Position numbers and translations under genes: made by a program. The notes under the pieces were generated by a model, which worked only from the letters and a program-made list of their open reading frames with translations, was not told where the DNA came from and made no database searches. Source: an uncultured Ignavibacteriaceae bacterium (lineage in GTDB: Bacteria; Bacteroidota; Ignavibacteria; Ignavibacteriales; Ignavibacteriaceae). From it: DNA of 64,000 nt. Below, in pieces: positions 38,801-47,445 of this stretch. How positions within the stretch are numbered: the first letter of the stretch is position 1; each line of letters starts with the position of its first letter. The stretch is from the NCBI GenBank assembly GCA_964639955.1, contig CAZXGJ010000004.1, positions 43,520 to 107,519 of the forward strand. Direction: 5' to 3'.

Positions 38801-39273
38801 TTCCTTACCAGATGAGTTGCAACTACTCCGCCGGCGCAGGCAGATGTGCAAATAAGTCCTTGCTTGAACTTGCGCAAAAGTTCTATATCTATTCGCGGGC
38901 GGTAATAAAATCCTTCGGTATGAGCCAGAGTAGTAAGAGTTCTGAGGTTTTTATATCCCTCGTAATTTTTTGCAAGGAGAATGAGGTGATTATAATTTTT
39001 TTTCTTCTTTCCTTTACCATTCGATTCTCCGGATTTTCTTTCAAACCTGCTACCTTCCTCAACAATGTAGGCTTCCATACCGATGATTGGCTTTATTCCT
39101 GCTGCGGTAGCTTTTTTGTAAAACTCAATTACACCGTACATAACACCATGATCAGTCAAGGCAACTGATTTCATCCCGAATTTTTTGGCAGCCTGAATAA
39201 GGCCGTCTACCGTACAGGCGCCATCCTGTAAGCTGTAATGACTATGGTTATGAAGATGAATGAATTCTGCCAT
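35812..39273 (-). CDS. dnaE: DNA polymerase III subunit alpha
   Basis: 1153 aa. PHP domain FIHLHNHSHYSLQDG, palm/fingers region MPDIDVDF and GLLKMDFLGL, and a C-terminal OB fold. Confidence 0.97.
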   Translation of the reverse strand: MAEFIHLHNHSHYSLQDGACTVDGLIQAAKKFGMKSVALTDHGVMYGVIEFYKKATAAGIKPIIGMEAYIVEEGSRFERKSGESNGKGKKKKNYNHLILLAKNYEGYKNLRTLTTLAHTEGFYYRPRIDIELLRKFKQGLICTSACAGGVVATHLVRNDYSKAKKVAATYKDIFEEDFYLEIQDHNMEVERPVLENMPKLSKELGIKLVATNDCHYIEPDHAIAHNILLLLGDKNGADYRQLRYGTDQVYFKSADAMVKLFKNFDGAIENTLEIDSKIDLKLDFNEYHFPQFPIPEGATTKNTDDYFEMLALNGLKNCGLKITKEVEERFNFELDAIKTMGFSSYLLIVQDFINTAKKQNISVGPGRGSVAGSLVAYALGITNINPLEYNLLFERFLNPARRSMPDIDVDFEDDKRSEVIDYVKAKYGQDSVSQIITFNRLSSKAVLRDVARVLKIPIPTVNSITKYIPSKFGKVYSIDQALDSVPELKWVKDSQEPEIKELIKHARVLEGMNRNASKHAAGVVVTPGAVSDYVPLATAVSQDEIVTQYNMKDIENVGLLKMDFLGLRTLTIIRDTLKLVKKNHGLDIDINKIPFNDKKVYQLFTRGQTTGIFQFESPPMREYLKKLQPNCLSDLAAMNALYRPGPMEFIDEFIDRKFQRKKVEYLHPILEEILKETYGVIVYQEQVIQIANKIGNMSLAEADILRRAMGKKDLLAMKEQKDKFIKGALANKINKKVAEEIFKAVDKFANYGFNKSHAVAYSYIAYQTAYLKTYYTAEFLAANLTNEFLNTDKVTKFLEDCRKLKIEVLPPDVNNPSVNFDVENGKIRFGLSAIKNVGKGAVEEIIKSRNTISRNFTSIFDFCLHVDTHIVNKRALEGLVTAGAFDSINSNRASLFKAIETAIDLGHKFQSSRLVSEESLFGEAAEMNIKEPPLPLSEPWSEKERLSKERKVVGFYVTGHPLSKYETEYKLFTNFQIGDTENLEELENIRSVAVITGVRTKLDKSGNRMAFFTIDDFSGSCECLMFSKVFAEYGKFVIEEEPVFIVGSLESSGDAVKMHVNKLLPLEYVRNQIINSVRLLVNKEKVSTEDLMQLKPLLESNQGKIPVYVELHSNGNKIGLFSLNSFKIELSDSFFKGVGNILGEDAISVSMKL

Positions 39274-39339
39274 TAATTGTTAAGTGATTAAAAAGAATGA
39301 AAAATTTGTTCAGACGATTTTATTGAAACAGCCAAAACC

Positions 39340-39369
39340 CGGCAGATTGAAATGAAAAATTCTCTGCCG
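39340..39369 (-). terminator. Hairpin between dut and dnaE (weak)
   Basis: CGGCAGA (39340-39346) pairs with TCTGCCG (39363-39369). On the minus strand it is followed by GGTTTTGG only. Confidence 0.35.
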
Positions 39370-39419
39370 AATAATAATCAATCAATTTTAAAAAATGAAG
39401 AAAGGCAATGTTAAATTTT

Positions 39420-39878
39420 TCATCTGCCCGTGTGACCAAATCCTCCAGAGCCCCTGTCGGTGTTATTCAACCTGTTGGTTTCAATAATTCTTGCTTTGAA
39501 TACTTTTGAAATAACCAGTTGAGCAATTCGCTCTGCCGGTTTAAGCACAAAATTTTCTTTGCCTGCATTTAAAAGGATAATTTTCACCTCGCCCCTGTAG
39601 TCCGAGTCAATTGTTCCCGGTGAGTTCAGGATCGTTATGCCGTAATTTGCAGCAAGCCCGCTCCTTGGTCTAACCTGCATTTCATATCCTTCGGGAATTT
39701 CTACTGAAAAATTCGTGGGAATCATTTCGATTGAACCCGATGTAATAACGAGATCATCTTTTATTGCTGCATGAACATCCATTCCTGAGCTTCCTTCAGT
39801 TGCATAAGCCGGCAGTGGAATGTGTGCAAATTCTTTTTTTATTCTCCTGAATTTTATTTCAACTATTTGTTCCAGAAT
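39420..39878 (-). CDS. dut: dUTP diphosphatase (start codon uncertain, non-canonical)
   Basis: The ORF track starts at the ATG at 39782. The in-frame upstream sequence encodes ...EIKFRRIKKEFAHIPLPAYATEGSSG-MDV, i.e. dUTPase motif 1 (compare E. coli KEFPLPTYATSGSAGLDL). Motifs RPRSG, GTIDSDYRGE and RGSGGFGHTG are also present. Between the upstream TAA (39879-39881) and 39782 there is no ATG, GTG or TTG. I set the end at the ATT at 39876-39878. Confidence 0.8.
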   Translation of the reverse strand: MLEQIVEIKFRRIKKEFAHIPLPAYATEGSSGMDVHAAIKDDLVITSGSIEMIPTNFSVEIPEGYEMQVRPRSGLAANYGITILNSPGTIDSDYRGEVKIILLNAGKENFVLKPAERIAQLVISKVFKARIIETNRLNNTDRGSGGFGHTGR

Positions 39879-41345
39879 TTACTTCCTTCGGCTCTCTGCC
39901 AGTTTTTTTCTTATTAAACTTATTTCACTCCTGTTTGCTGCAACAAAATATATAAACAACGAATAACCAATCAGAATTAATATTTTATAATGTAAATAAA
40001 GATTACCTGAAAGGTGCAAATAATAAAATAAAGTACCTGCCAACGCCACACCAATAAAAATTTTGCCTATCCTGCTAAGCTCATATTTTATTTTATAAAA
40101 CTTTTGCGTTACAAAATAATAGCCGATTGCCATAATAATGTAGCTCGCAAGTGTTGCCAGTGCAGCACCTGTAATATTTATAACCGGAATCAAAGTAAAA
40201 TTTAAGACAACATTAATCAAAGCCCCGGTACCGGAAATTACCGGAACATAGATGCTTTTTTCTTCAATATAGATTCCTGCTGAAAAAATAATGTACATAC
40301 CGTTTACCAGGTAAGCAAGTAAGATAATCGGTACAATCTGCAAGCCAGACCAATAGTTGGATCCTATAAGCGAATAACCAGCAATATGGATGCGTGCAAT
40401 GTCATCAATAAATAATGAAAGCACAATAAGGATAGAAGACCCGATAAGCATAAAGTAAGAAAGAACTTTTGAAAACATTTCCTTTGCGTTTGGTTCCTTT
40501 GCATTTTGCAGAAAGAAAGGTTGCCAGGCATATTGAAACATATTTACAAAAAGCATCATAAAAATTCCCAGCTTGTAGTTAGCTTTATAAATACCTACCG
40601 TTTTAAGGTCGGTTAATTTTTCAAGTATCGGAACATCGATTACCTGTACGACCATAACAGCCAAACCGCCGGGCAGATAGGGCAAACCAAACTTTAGCAT
40701 ACGTTTTAAGAGCTGAAAATGAAATTGGAATTTTAAATACTTTAAAATTGTAGGCAGAAGCAGTATAAGTGAAACCAGGGAAGCAGCGAGGTTGCTAATC
40801 AGAACGGATTCTATTCCCCATCCAAGCACAATTATAAAATAAATATTGAGGATGAGGTTAACAGTTATATTAATAATTTTAATTGCCGTAAATTTTTTCG
40901 CCTGCCGGTTCAGACGCAGCTTCAAAAAGGGTATTACTCCGTTAGCATCAAAGAAAATAAGAATTGCAGCAAGGTAAATAAGGTAGATATGATCTTCAGG
41001 AATTCTTAATGCCCGGCCAAGTGAATCAGCATTAACAGCAATCAACCCGCTTAAGATTATTGATGTAAAAAAAACTGAGCCGAATGGAGTTGAAAAATTA
41101 TCCTTTTCATCGCCAATATCCCGGAATGCTGCAAACTTTAAGAAAGCTGCATCCAATCCGTATATATAAAAGATCATAAGAATGCCGATGTATGCATATA
41201 TTAACTGAATAATTCCATATTCTGAAGGAGGGAAAACATTTGTGTAAAACGGAACTAATATGAAGTTTAAAAACCTGCCAACCATGGTGCTTACACCGTA
41301 GATAGCCGTGTCTTTTGTTAGTCCTTTTAATTTATCGAACATCAA
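39879..41345 (-). CDS. Polysaccharide/oligosaccharide flippase family membrane protein (MOP superfamily)
   Basis: 488 aa with about 12-14 TM helices. The N-terminus KDTAIYGVSTMVGRFLNFILVPFYTNVF is typical of Wzx/PST-family proteins. Confidence 0.7.
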   Translation of the reverse strand: MMFDKLKGLTKDTAIYGVSTMVGRFLNFILVPFYTNVFPPSEYGIIQLIYAYIGILMIFYIYGLDAAFLKFAAFRDIGDEKDNFSTPFGSVFFTSIILSGLIAVNADSLGRALRIPEDHIYLIYLAAILIFFDANGVIPFLKLRLNRQAKKFTAIKIINITVNLILNIYFIIVLGWGIESVLISNLAASLVSLILLLPTILKYLKFQFHFQLLKRMLKFGLPYLPGGLAVMVVQVIDVPILEKLTDLKTVGIYKANYKLGIFMMLFVNMFQYAWQPFFLQNAKEPNAKEMFSKVLSYFMLIGSSILIVLSLFIDDIARIHIAGYSLIGSNYWSGLQIVPIILLAYLVNGMYIIFSAGIYIEEKSIYVPVISGTGALINVVLNFTLIPVINITGAALATLASYIIMAIGYYFVTQKFYKIKYELSRIGKIFIGVALAGTLFYYLHLSGNLYLHYKILILIGYSLFIYFVAANRSEISLIRKKLAESRRK

Positions 41346-41355
41346 GTTAGTATTT

Positions 41356-42198
41356 TCAGATTACTTTTACTTCGAGTGAAATATCCAATGCTTTAACACT
41401 ATGAGTTAAGGCGCCTACAGAAATATAATCAACTCCAGTTTCAGCAACACCGGCTATGTTATCAAGATTAATATTACCCGAAGCTTCGACTTTACATTTT
41501 TTATTTATTAACTCCACGGTGTCTTTCATCATTGCTAAATTAAAATTATCAAGCATAATTATATCAACATTACAGTTAAGCGCTTCTTTAACTTCCTCAA
41601 TATTTTTTGTTTCGACTTCAATTTTAAATAATGATTTCTTTTTCAGATTTTGCTGCCTGCATAGCTCCACAGCCCTGGTTACTGAACCCGCAACTTCGAT
41701 GTGGTTATCCTTAATCAGAAAAAGATCGAACAGCCCTATACGATGGTTTTTTCCGCCACCTAACTTAACTGCTTCTTTATCAAGCAGCCGTAAACCCGGA
41801 ACAGTTTTCCGTGTATCAAGTATTGCAGCATTTGTATGCTTTACCTTTTGAACAAATTGATTTGTTAAGGTTGCAATACCGCTCAACCTTTGAACAAAAT
41901 TCAAAGCGGTTCTTTCAGCAGTTAAAATTGATCCGGCACTTCCTTCAACTTCAGCGGCGATGTCTCCCGGCTTTACCGGAGCTCCATCTGCAAGGATAAC
42001 TTTGAAAAAAATCTTTTTATCTAAAGTATGGAAAACTTTTTCTGCCACCGAAAGCCCGGCAATAATTCCTTCATTCTTTACCAGAAAATATCCTTTTGCT
42101 TTTTTCCCGGCGGGAATTACTGCCTGTGTTGTAATATCTCCTGTAGCGATATCTTCATCAAGTGCTGCTTTAATTATAGCAGGGAGTTTATCTTTCAA
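41356..42198 (-). CDS. nadC: Nicotinate-nucleotide diphosphorylase (carboxylating)
   Basis: 280 aa. ERTALNFVQRLSGIATLT, ILDTRKTVPGLR, IMLDNF. Confidence 0.95.
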   Translation of the reverse strand: MKDKLPAIIKAALDEDIATGDITTQAVIPAGKKAKGYFLVKNEGIIAGLSVAEKVFHTLDKKIFFKVILADGAPVKPGDIAAEVEGSAGSILTAERTALNFVQRLSGIATLTNQFVQKVKHTNAAILDTRKTVPGLRLLDKEAVKLGGGKNHRIGLFDLFLIKDNHIEVAGSVTRAVELCRQQNLKKKSLFKIEVETKNIEEVKEALNCNVDIIMLDNFNLAMMKDTVELINKKCKVEASGNINLDNIAGVAETGVDYISVGALTHSVKALDISLEVKVI

Positions 42199-42615
42199 TC
42201 AATCCTCATCGAAATAAGCTTTAAGTGCGTTAATAAAAAAGGCAGGTGCCCGTGTTAATTTTTTTGTATCCTTTTTGATGAAGGCAAGCTCAATGTATCC
42301 TTCTGCAATTAAAATGTCTCTGTCTTTACTCCATATAGTATGATCGATGTGCACTTTAGCAAGGGGGAATTTTTCAACACGCGTTTGAATTTCCAGCAGT
42401 TCATCATAGAATGCCGGATTTTTAAAACGAACAAATGCCTCATGCACCGGCATCTGGTAACCACTGTCTTCAATAGATTTATAGGTTAACCCATGATCGC
42501 GCATCATTTCTGCTCTGCCAACTTCAAAATATTCGAGATATCTGCCATAATAAGCATATTGCATCTGGTCAGTTTCAGCATAGCGAACGCGAATAAGGGT
42601 TTTATGTTGCAGCAT
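42199..42615 (-). CDS. Acyl-CoA thioesterase, 4HBT/YbgC-like hotdog fold
   Basis: 138 aa. IRVRYAETDQMQYAYYGRYLEYFEVGRAEMMR is the YbgC-type catalytic-Asp region. Confidence 0.85.
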   Translation of the reverse strand: MLQHKTLIRVRYAETDQMQYAYYGRYLEYFEVGRAEMMRDHGLTYKSIEDSGYQMPVHEAFVRFKNPAFYDELLEIQTRVEKFPLAKVHIDHTIWSKDRDILIAEGYIELAFIKKDTKKLTRAPAFFINALKAYFDED

Positions 42616-42739
42616 AAGAAAATTTTATAAACAGATTAAAACAAAAATAAAAAATCCCTTAAGAACCGGCGACTATTAAAAGCTGCGAATAGAAGCACGG
42701 GTTATTCATTGACGATAAGAAACTCTTGCTCAATTTATT

Positions 42740-43717
42740 TCATTTAGCGTATACCGCAAAAACGAAATCACTTTTATGCCCGGCTTTCAGATAATCATCC
42801 TCAATGCTGAATAAACGTTCCAGGATGCTGGAAGTTTTTTCATTTTCCTTTATAAAATTGTGCGAAATATCTTTTAGAACAAGCTGCAATAAGTTTCCGC
42901 CGTATGGTTTTTCTTCAAGTATATTAAATCGTTTCCTTACTTCAGGTAAAATATTTTCTGAATTTACAGCTTCCGATGGATCAGAAATAAACATTCTGAG
43001 CAAACCCGGTTTGTAAATCCTGGATTTTATTTTATCCGACTGCCAGCGTTTCCTCATTTCGGAAGGTATAGTCCGTAAAATTTCGTTTGCAGTTTTTATC
43101 TGTTCCCCGGGGAACTGAAACCTGTGTGGTCCGACATACTCGTTTATAACAAGCAGTCCGCCTGGATTCAGACTGTCACGAATTTTTTCAAGCAGTCTAT
43201 CCTGGTTCTTAATGTGATGAAGAAATGAATCAAAAACTATCACATCATATTTGTTGATTCCATAGTCAAATCCCACCGCATCCGAAACGAAATAATTAAT
43301 GTTTTTATACCCGGTTTCAGATAAAATCCTTTTAGCAATTTCAATTCTATCAGGCGATACATCGAAAGCTTCAATAGAAAAAAAACAATTAAATACCGCA
43401 AACTTCAACTCCTTATTTCCGGTGCCGCAGCCCGGTGAAAGCATCTTTAAATTGAATTTCCCGCCAAGATACTTTTTTACTACGTACTCAGCATAGTTAG
43501 TATTTGAATTTCCAGAAATTAAAAAATTCCACCGCTTTTGAACAGCGGGAATGCTCCACCAATAAGCTTGCCTTTCTGTAAGAGCCGTATTCCAGGCTCT
43601 GGTCGTTCTGGATTTAGTTAAAGGAGAAAAAATTCTGGATAAAATTTTACTTTGGCCGGAAATTTTAAACTTATAATAAATATCAATCAGATCGCCGGCT
43701 GAAATGATTGTTTTCAC
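42740..43717 (-). CDS. Class I SAM-dependent methyltransferase
   Basis: 325 aa. Motif I LSPGCGTGNKE and motif post-II DVIVFDSFLHHI, followed by LNPGGLLVINEY. Confidence 0.7.
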   Translation of the reverse strand: MKTIISAGDLIDIYYKFKISGQSKILSRIFSPLTKSRTTRAWNTALTERQAYWWSIPAVQKRWNFLISGNSNTNYAEYVVKKYLGGKFNLKMLSPGCGTGNKELKFAVFNCFFSIEAFDVSPDRIEIAKRILSETGYKNINYFVSDAVGFDYGINKYDVIVFDSFLHHIKNQDRLLEKIRDSLNPGGLLVINEYVGPHRFQFPGEQIKTANEILRTIPSEMRKRWQSDKIKSRIYKPGLLRMFISDPSEAVNSENILPEVRKRFNILEEKPYGGNLLQLVLKDISHNFIKENEKTSSILERLFSIEDDYLKAGHKSDFVFAVYAK

Positions 43718-43745
43718 TTAATCGCTTTATTCAGATGTAAAAGAC

Positions 43746-44696
43746 TTATTCAACGTAAGGGCCCATTTTACCAAACTTTTCAATGCGATTACTGATCAGC
43801 TTATCCGGCTTTATTTTTACAAGCTGATTAAGCTCTTCTAAGATAGCTTTCTTCAATAATTCAGCAGCCTTTTTATGATCTTTGTGAGCACCGCCAATAG
43901 GTTCAGGAATGATTCTGTCTATAATACCCTGTTCAAGTAAATCGGGGGCTGTTAATTTTAGTGCCTCAGCAGCCTGTTCTTTATAATCCCAGCTTCGCCA
44001 CAATATGCTTGAGCAGGATTCAGGACTGATGACAGAGTACCAGCAGTTTTCAAGCATAAGAATCCTATCGCCTACTCCAATTCCAAGGGCGCCTCCGCTT
44101 GCACCTTCACCAATAATGCAAACGATAATTGGAACGCGCAGTCTGCTCATCTCAAAAAGATTGCGGGCAATAGCTTCTGCCTGTCCTCTTTCTTCAGCTT
44201 CCAGCCCGGGGTATGCGCCGGGAGTATCGAGCATTGTAATTACAGGCTTAGAAAATTTTTCTGCGAGCTTCATCAATCTTAATGCCTTCCTGTAACCTTC
44301 CGGGTTAGCCATTCCAAAATTTCTGTAAAGATTTGTCTTTGTATCTCTTCCTTTCTGCTGACCGATAATCATAACTTTATAATTATCAAGGTATGCAAAT
44401 CCGCCAACAATTGCCTTATCATCCCTGAATTGCCTGTCTCCGTGAAGCTCAACAAAGTTTGAGCACATATTATTAATATAATCCAGAGTAAAAGGTCTAT
44501 CGGGATGGCGTGCAAGCTGAACCCGCTGCCACCGACTGAGGTCTTTGTAAAGCTCTTCTTTTAATTGTGCAACTTTGTTTTCTATCCTTATTATTTCTTT
44601 ATCAATGCCAAGTGTGCCGGCAGATTTTTTCATTTCCTCAAGCTTTTCCTCAAGCTCGAAGATCGGTTTTTCAAAATCTAAAACTGTTTTGCCCAT
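43746..44696 (-). CDS. accA: Acetyl-CoA carboxylase carboxyltransferase subunit alpha
   Basis: 316 aa. [21 protein letters not shown] and [10 protein letters not shown]. Confidence 0.95.
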   Translation of the reverse strand: MGKTVLDFEKPIFELEEKLEEMKKSAGTLGIDKEIIRIENKVAQLKEELYKDLSRWQRVQLARHPDRPFTLDYINNMCSNFVELHGDRQFRDDKAIVGGFAYLDNYKVMIIGQQKGRDTKTNLYRNFGMANPEGYRKALRLMKLAEKFSKPVITMLDTPGAYPGLEAEERGQAEAIARNLFEMSRLRVPIIVCIIGEGASGGALGIGVGDRILMLENCWYSVISPESCSSILWRSWDYKEQAAEALKLTAPDLLEQGIIDRIIPEPIGGAHKDHKKAAELLKKAILEELNQLVKIKPDKLISNRIEKFGKMGPYVE

Positions 44697-44701
44697 AAAT
44701 T

Positions 44702-46681
44702 TTATTTCCTCTCCCAGATTTTGTTTAAAGTTCTGCCAAGAATATCAAGATCAAGCCAGATGTTCTGATTCTTAGCGTAGTAAAAATCAAATTTTTCGAT
44801 CTCCGATTCATCACAATTTTCTACATACCACAACCCTGTAAGCCCGGGTTTGCCGTAATATCGTTTTTTTTCTTTATTTGAGTTTTTAGGACCAACAAAG
44901 CTGAACTTACCGGAAATTACTGAAGGAACATTTAAAATAATTTTCTGAAAATCGCTCTTATTATGCTTCAGCTTCGAAAAGAAATATATGAAAGGATAGA
45001 GGAAAAACAAAACTGCAAATGCCAGCATATAATCGAAGATAGATTTTACAATCTTGATTGACGGACTTGAAATATTATAATGAACATCCACAAGGGGAAT
45101 ATCATCGAGCATAGAAACGGAAGTTTTCCCGACTATAAAATCTAGTTCAGTGCCTGCAATTTTATAATCAACACTATTGCTTCGGCTGGCTGACAGCAGA
45201 TCCATTATTTCGCTGTAAGTAATTGCTTTCGAAGGAAAAATGACTTCATTTATTTTTGCTTCAACCAAAACTTTCTTGAAGTTCTGAACACTGCCAATAA
45301 CTTTATACCCATTCAATATTTTACCGATATCCGAATTACTTTTTCCGATTAAACCGATAAAAGAATGAACATCGGTTTTTTTATTTTTTAATTTCGATGC
45401 TATCTGCAGAGACTCATCGCTTGTGCCAACTATTACCGTCCTTTTATTTAATATGCTTTCGCTTTTAACGCCAATGCTGAAAAAAAGTTTTAACAAAATT
45501 CTGTAAACGGTGGAAACCGCCATGAACAGCAGAAAGGAAATAAGCACAACTGCACGGCTGAAAGCATACTGATTAAAGAAGAATGTAAGAGAAGTTATTA
45601 TAAGATAACTGATCAGTGTTGCGCCAAAACTCCTGAGAACCGAAATAGAATCTCTCCTGTAATTGCCGGCGAAAAGCGATACCAGCACGTGTATAACCGC
45701 CGGAATTGTATAAATTATATAATAAGCTGAGGGATCGAACCCAGGCCAGTCTTTAATATTCAGATAAATCTTTTCTGCCAGAAATAAACATAAGTTAAAT
45801 AATACGAAATCAGCCAGTGCCGTAAAGATTGCAAGCTGCCTCCTGGCAAGGAAGGCAAACAGGTTACGGAAAACGATGGCTGAACGTAATATCAGTTCTA
45901 CCAGAAAGAAACTTGAAAGATGCTTTTCAACAAAAAGGTGCATTGCATTATAAAATATTTTTGTTTCGTCAAGGCTGCTTCTCTTTGTGCTTTCACCTTT
46001 ATAATGAATTACCTGAGTTGAATGAACGTAATAAACTTTAAATCCGGCTTTCTGAACCCTGTAACAGAAATCAAGATCTTCGCCGTACATAAAAAACTGT
46101 TCATCAAAACCTCCGACCTGTTGATATACTTCTTTCTTCATCATCATAAATGAGCCGGAGATCGCATCAACTTCATAAGTTTTATTATCATCGAGGTAGG
46201 TTAGGTTATATCTGGCAAACAGCCTGCTTTTCGGAAACAAGCTGCTCAAACCTGTAACCTTGGTAAAAGAAGTCCATGGTCCGGGGAAGCTCCTTCTGCA
46301 GGCCAATTGCAGTGTTCCGTCTGCATTCAGAATTTTGCATCCTGCTACCCCTGCTTCTTTATGCTCTTTCAGGAATGATATCATTTTATGAAATGTATCT
46401 TCACTTACAAGAGAATCAGGATTTATTAATAAAATGAAATCGCCTTTGGCAAGCTTTAACGCCTGGTTATTTGCTTTTCCAAAACCAAGGTTTGCTTTGT
46501 TTTCAATAAGATGAACGAAAGGGAATTTATTTTTTATTAATTCAACGCTGCCATCATCAGAAGCATTGTCTGCAATTATAATTTCAGTTGAAAGATTTGT
46601 TGATGCTTTCTCGATTGAATGCAACAAATTCTGAAGGAATTCTTTTACGTTGTAATTAACTATGATGATGGAAAGATCCAA
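44702..46681 (-). CDS. Fusion: N-terminal GT2 glycosyltransferase + WbaP/WcaJ-like large-PGT scaffold with degenerate catalytic domain
   Basis: 659 aa. The N-terminus [14 protein letters not shown]...[11 protein letters not shown]...[14 protein letters not shown] is GT2. It is followed by about 4 TM helices and a Rossmann-like [18 protein letters not shown] segment. The C-terminus aligns to the bona fide PGT at 47446..48900 but lacks about 55 aa (the KFRSM...DPR block) and has [10 protein letters not shown] where the neighbour has DEIPQMINV. Confidence 0.75.
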   Translation of the reverse strand: MDLSIIIVNYNVKEFLQNLLHSIEKASTNLSTEIIIADNASDDGSVELIKNKFPFVHLIENKANLGFGKANNQALKLAKGDFILLINPDSLVSEDTFHKMISFLKEHKEAGVAGCKILNADGTLQLACRRSFPGPWTSFTKVTGLSSLFPKSRLFARYNLTYLDDNKTYEVDAISGSFMMMKKEVYQQVGGFDEQFFMYGEDLDFCYRVQKAGFKVYYVHSTQVIHYKGESTKRSSLDETKIFYNAMHLFVEKHLSSFFLVELILRSAIVFRNLFAFLARRQLAIFTALADFVLFNLCLFLAEKIYLNIKDWPGFDPSAYYIIYTIPAVIHVLVSLFAGNYRRDSISVLRSFGATLISYLIITSLTFFFNQYAFSRAVVLISFLLFMAVSTVYRILLKLFFSIGVKSESILNKRTVIVGTSDESLQIASKLKNKKTDVHSFIGLIGKSNSDIGKILNGYKVIGSVQNFKKVLVEAKINEVIFPSKAITYSEIMDLLSASRSNSVDYKIAGTELDFIVGKTSVSMLDDIPLVDVHYNISSPSIKIVKSIFDYMLAFAVLFFLYPFIYFFSKLKHNKSDFQKIILNVPSVISGKFSFVGPKNSNKEKKRYYGKPGLTGLWYVENCDESEIEKFDFYYAKNQNIWLDLDILGRTLNKIWERK

Positions 46682-46690
46682 ACCACAGCC

Positions 46691-47416
46691 TCACTCTAAT
46701 GATCCGAATAAACTTTTTAATCTTAATTTCCAAACCATCCAGATTGCTTCGCGAACTATTTTCTTAGACATCTTAGACATACCTTTTGTCCGGTCTACGA
46801 ATATGATGGGGATTTCTTTTAACTTAAATCCTTTTTTCCATGCTTTAAAATTCATTTCTATCTGAAAAGCATAACCGTTAGAATTAACTTTACCAAGATT
46901 AATCGATTCAAGAACAATTCTTCTGAAACATTTATAACCGCCTGTAGCATCTCTGATCGGCATACCTGTAATAAAGCGTGTATAAAAATTAGCGAACCAG
47001 CTTAAAAGCAAACGGCTCATCGGCCAGTTGATAACATTAACACCATTTTTATAACGGCTGCCAAGCACCAAGTCATAATTCTTAATCTCTTCAAGAAAAC
47101 GGGGTATATCTTTCGGGTCGTGCGAAAAATCCGCATCCATTTCGAAAATAAGATCATATCCGTTTTCCAGCGCAAACCTGAACCCCGCTATATAAGCAGT
47201 ACCAAGCCCCAGCTTTGAATTTCTTTTAATCAGATGCAATCTTGAATTGTTTTTCATTTCCTTTTCTACTAATGCCGCAGTGCCATCGGGTGAATTATCA
47301 TCCACAACAAGAATTTCCAGATTTTCATCTTTTGAAAAAACCTCGGGTAGTAGCCTGGATAGGTTTTCCATCTCGTTATATGTAGGAATTATTACTATTA
47401 TTTTTCCAGTTTGCAT
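46691..47416 (-). CDS. Polyprenol-phosphate mannosyl/glycosyl transferase (DPM1/Ppm-like GT2)
   Basis: 241 aa. IVIIPTYNEMENL, VVDDNSPDGTA, EMDADFSHDP. Confidence 0.85.
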   Translation of the reverse strand: MQTGKIIVIIPTYNEMENLSRLLPEVFSKDENLEILVVDDNSPDGTAALVEKEMKNNSRLHLIKRNSKLGLGTAYIAGFRFALENGYDLIFEMDADFSHDPKDIPRFLEEIKNYDLVLGSRYKNGVNVINWPMSRLLLSWFANFYTRFITGMPIRDATGGYKCFRRIVLESINLGKVNSNGYAFQIEMNFKAWKKGFKLKEIPIIFVDRTKGMSKMSKKIVREAIWMVWKLRLKSLFGSLE

Positions 47417-47445
47417 AGGTTGAACTTATTAGTTTTTTATTTCTC

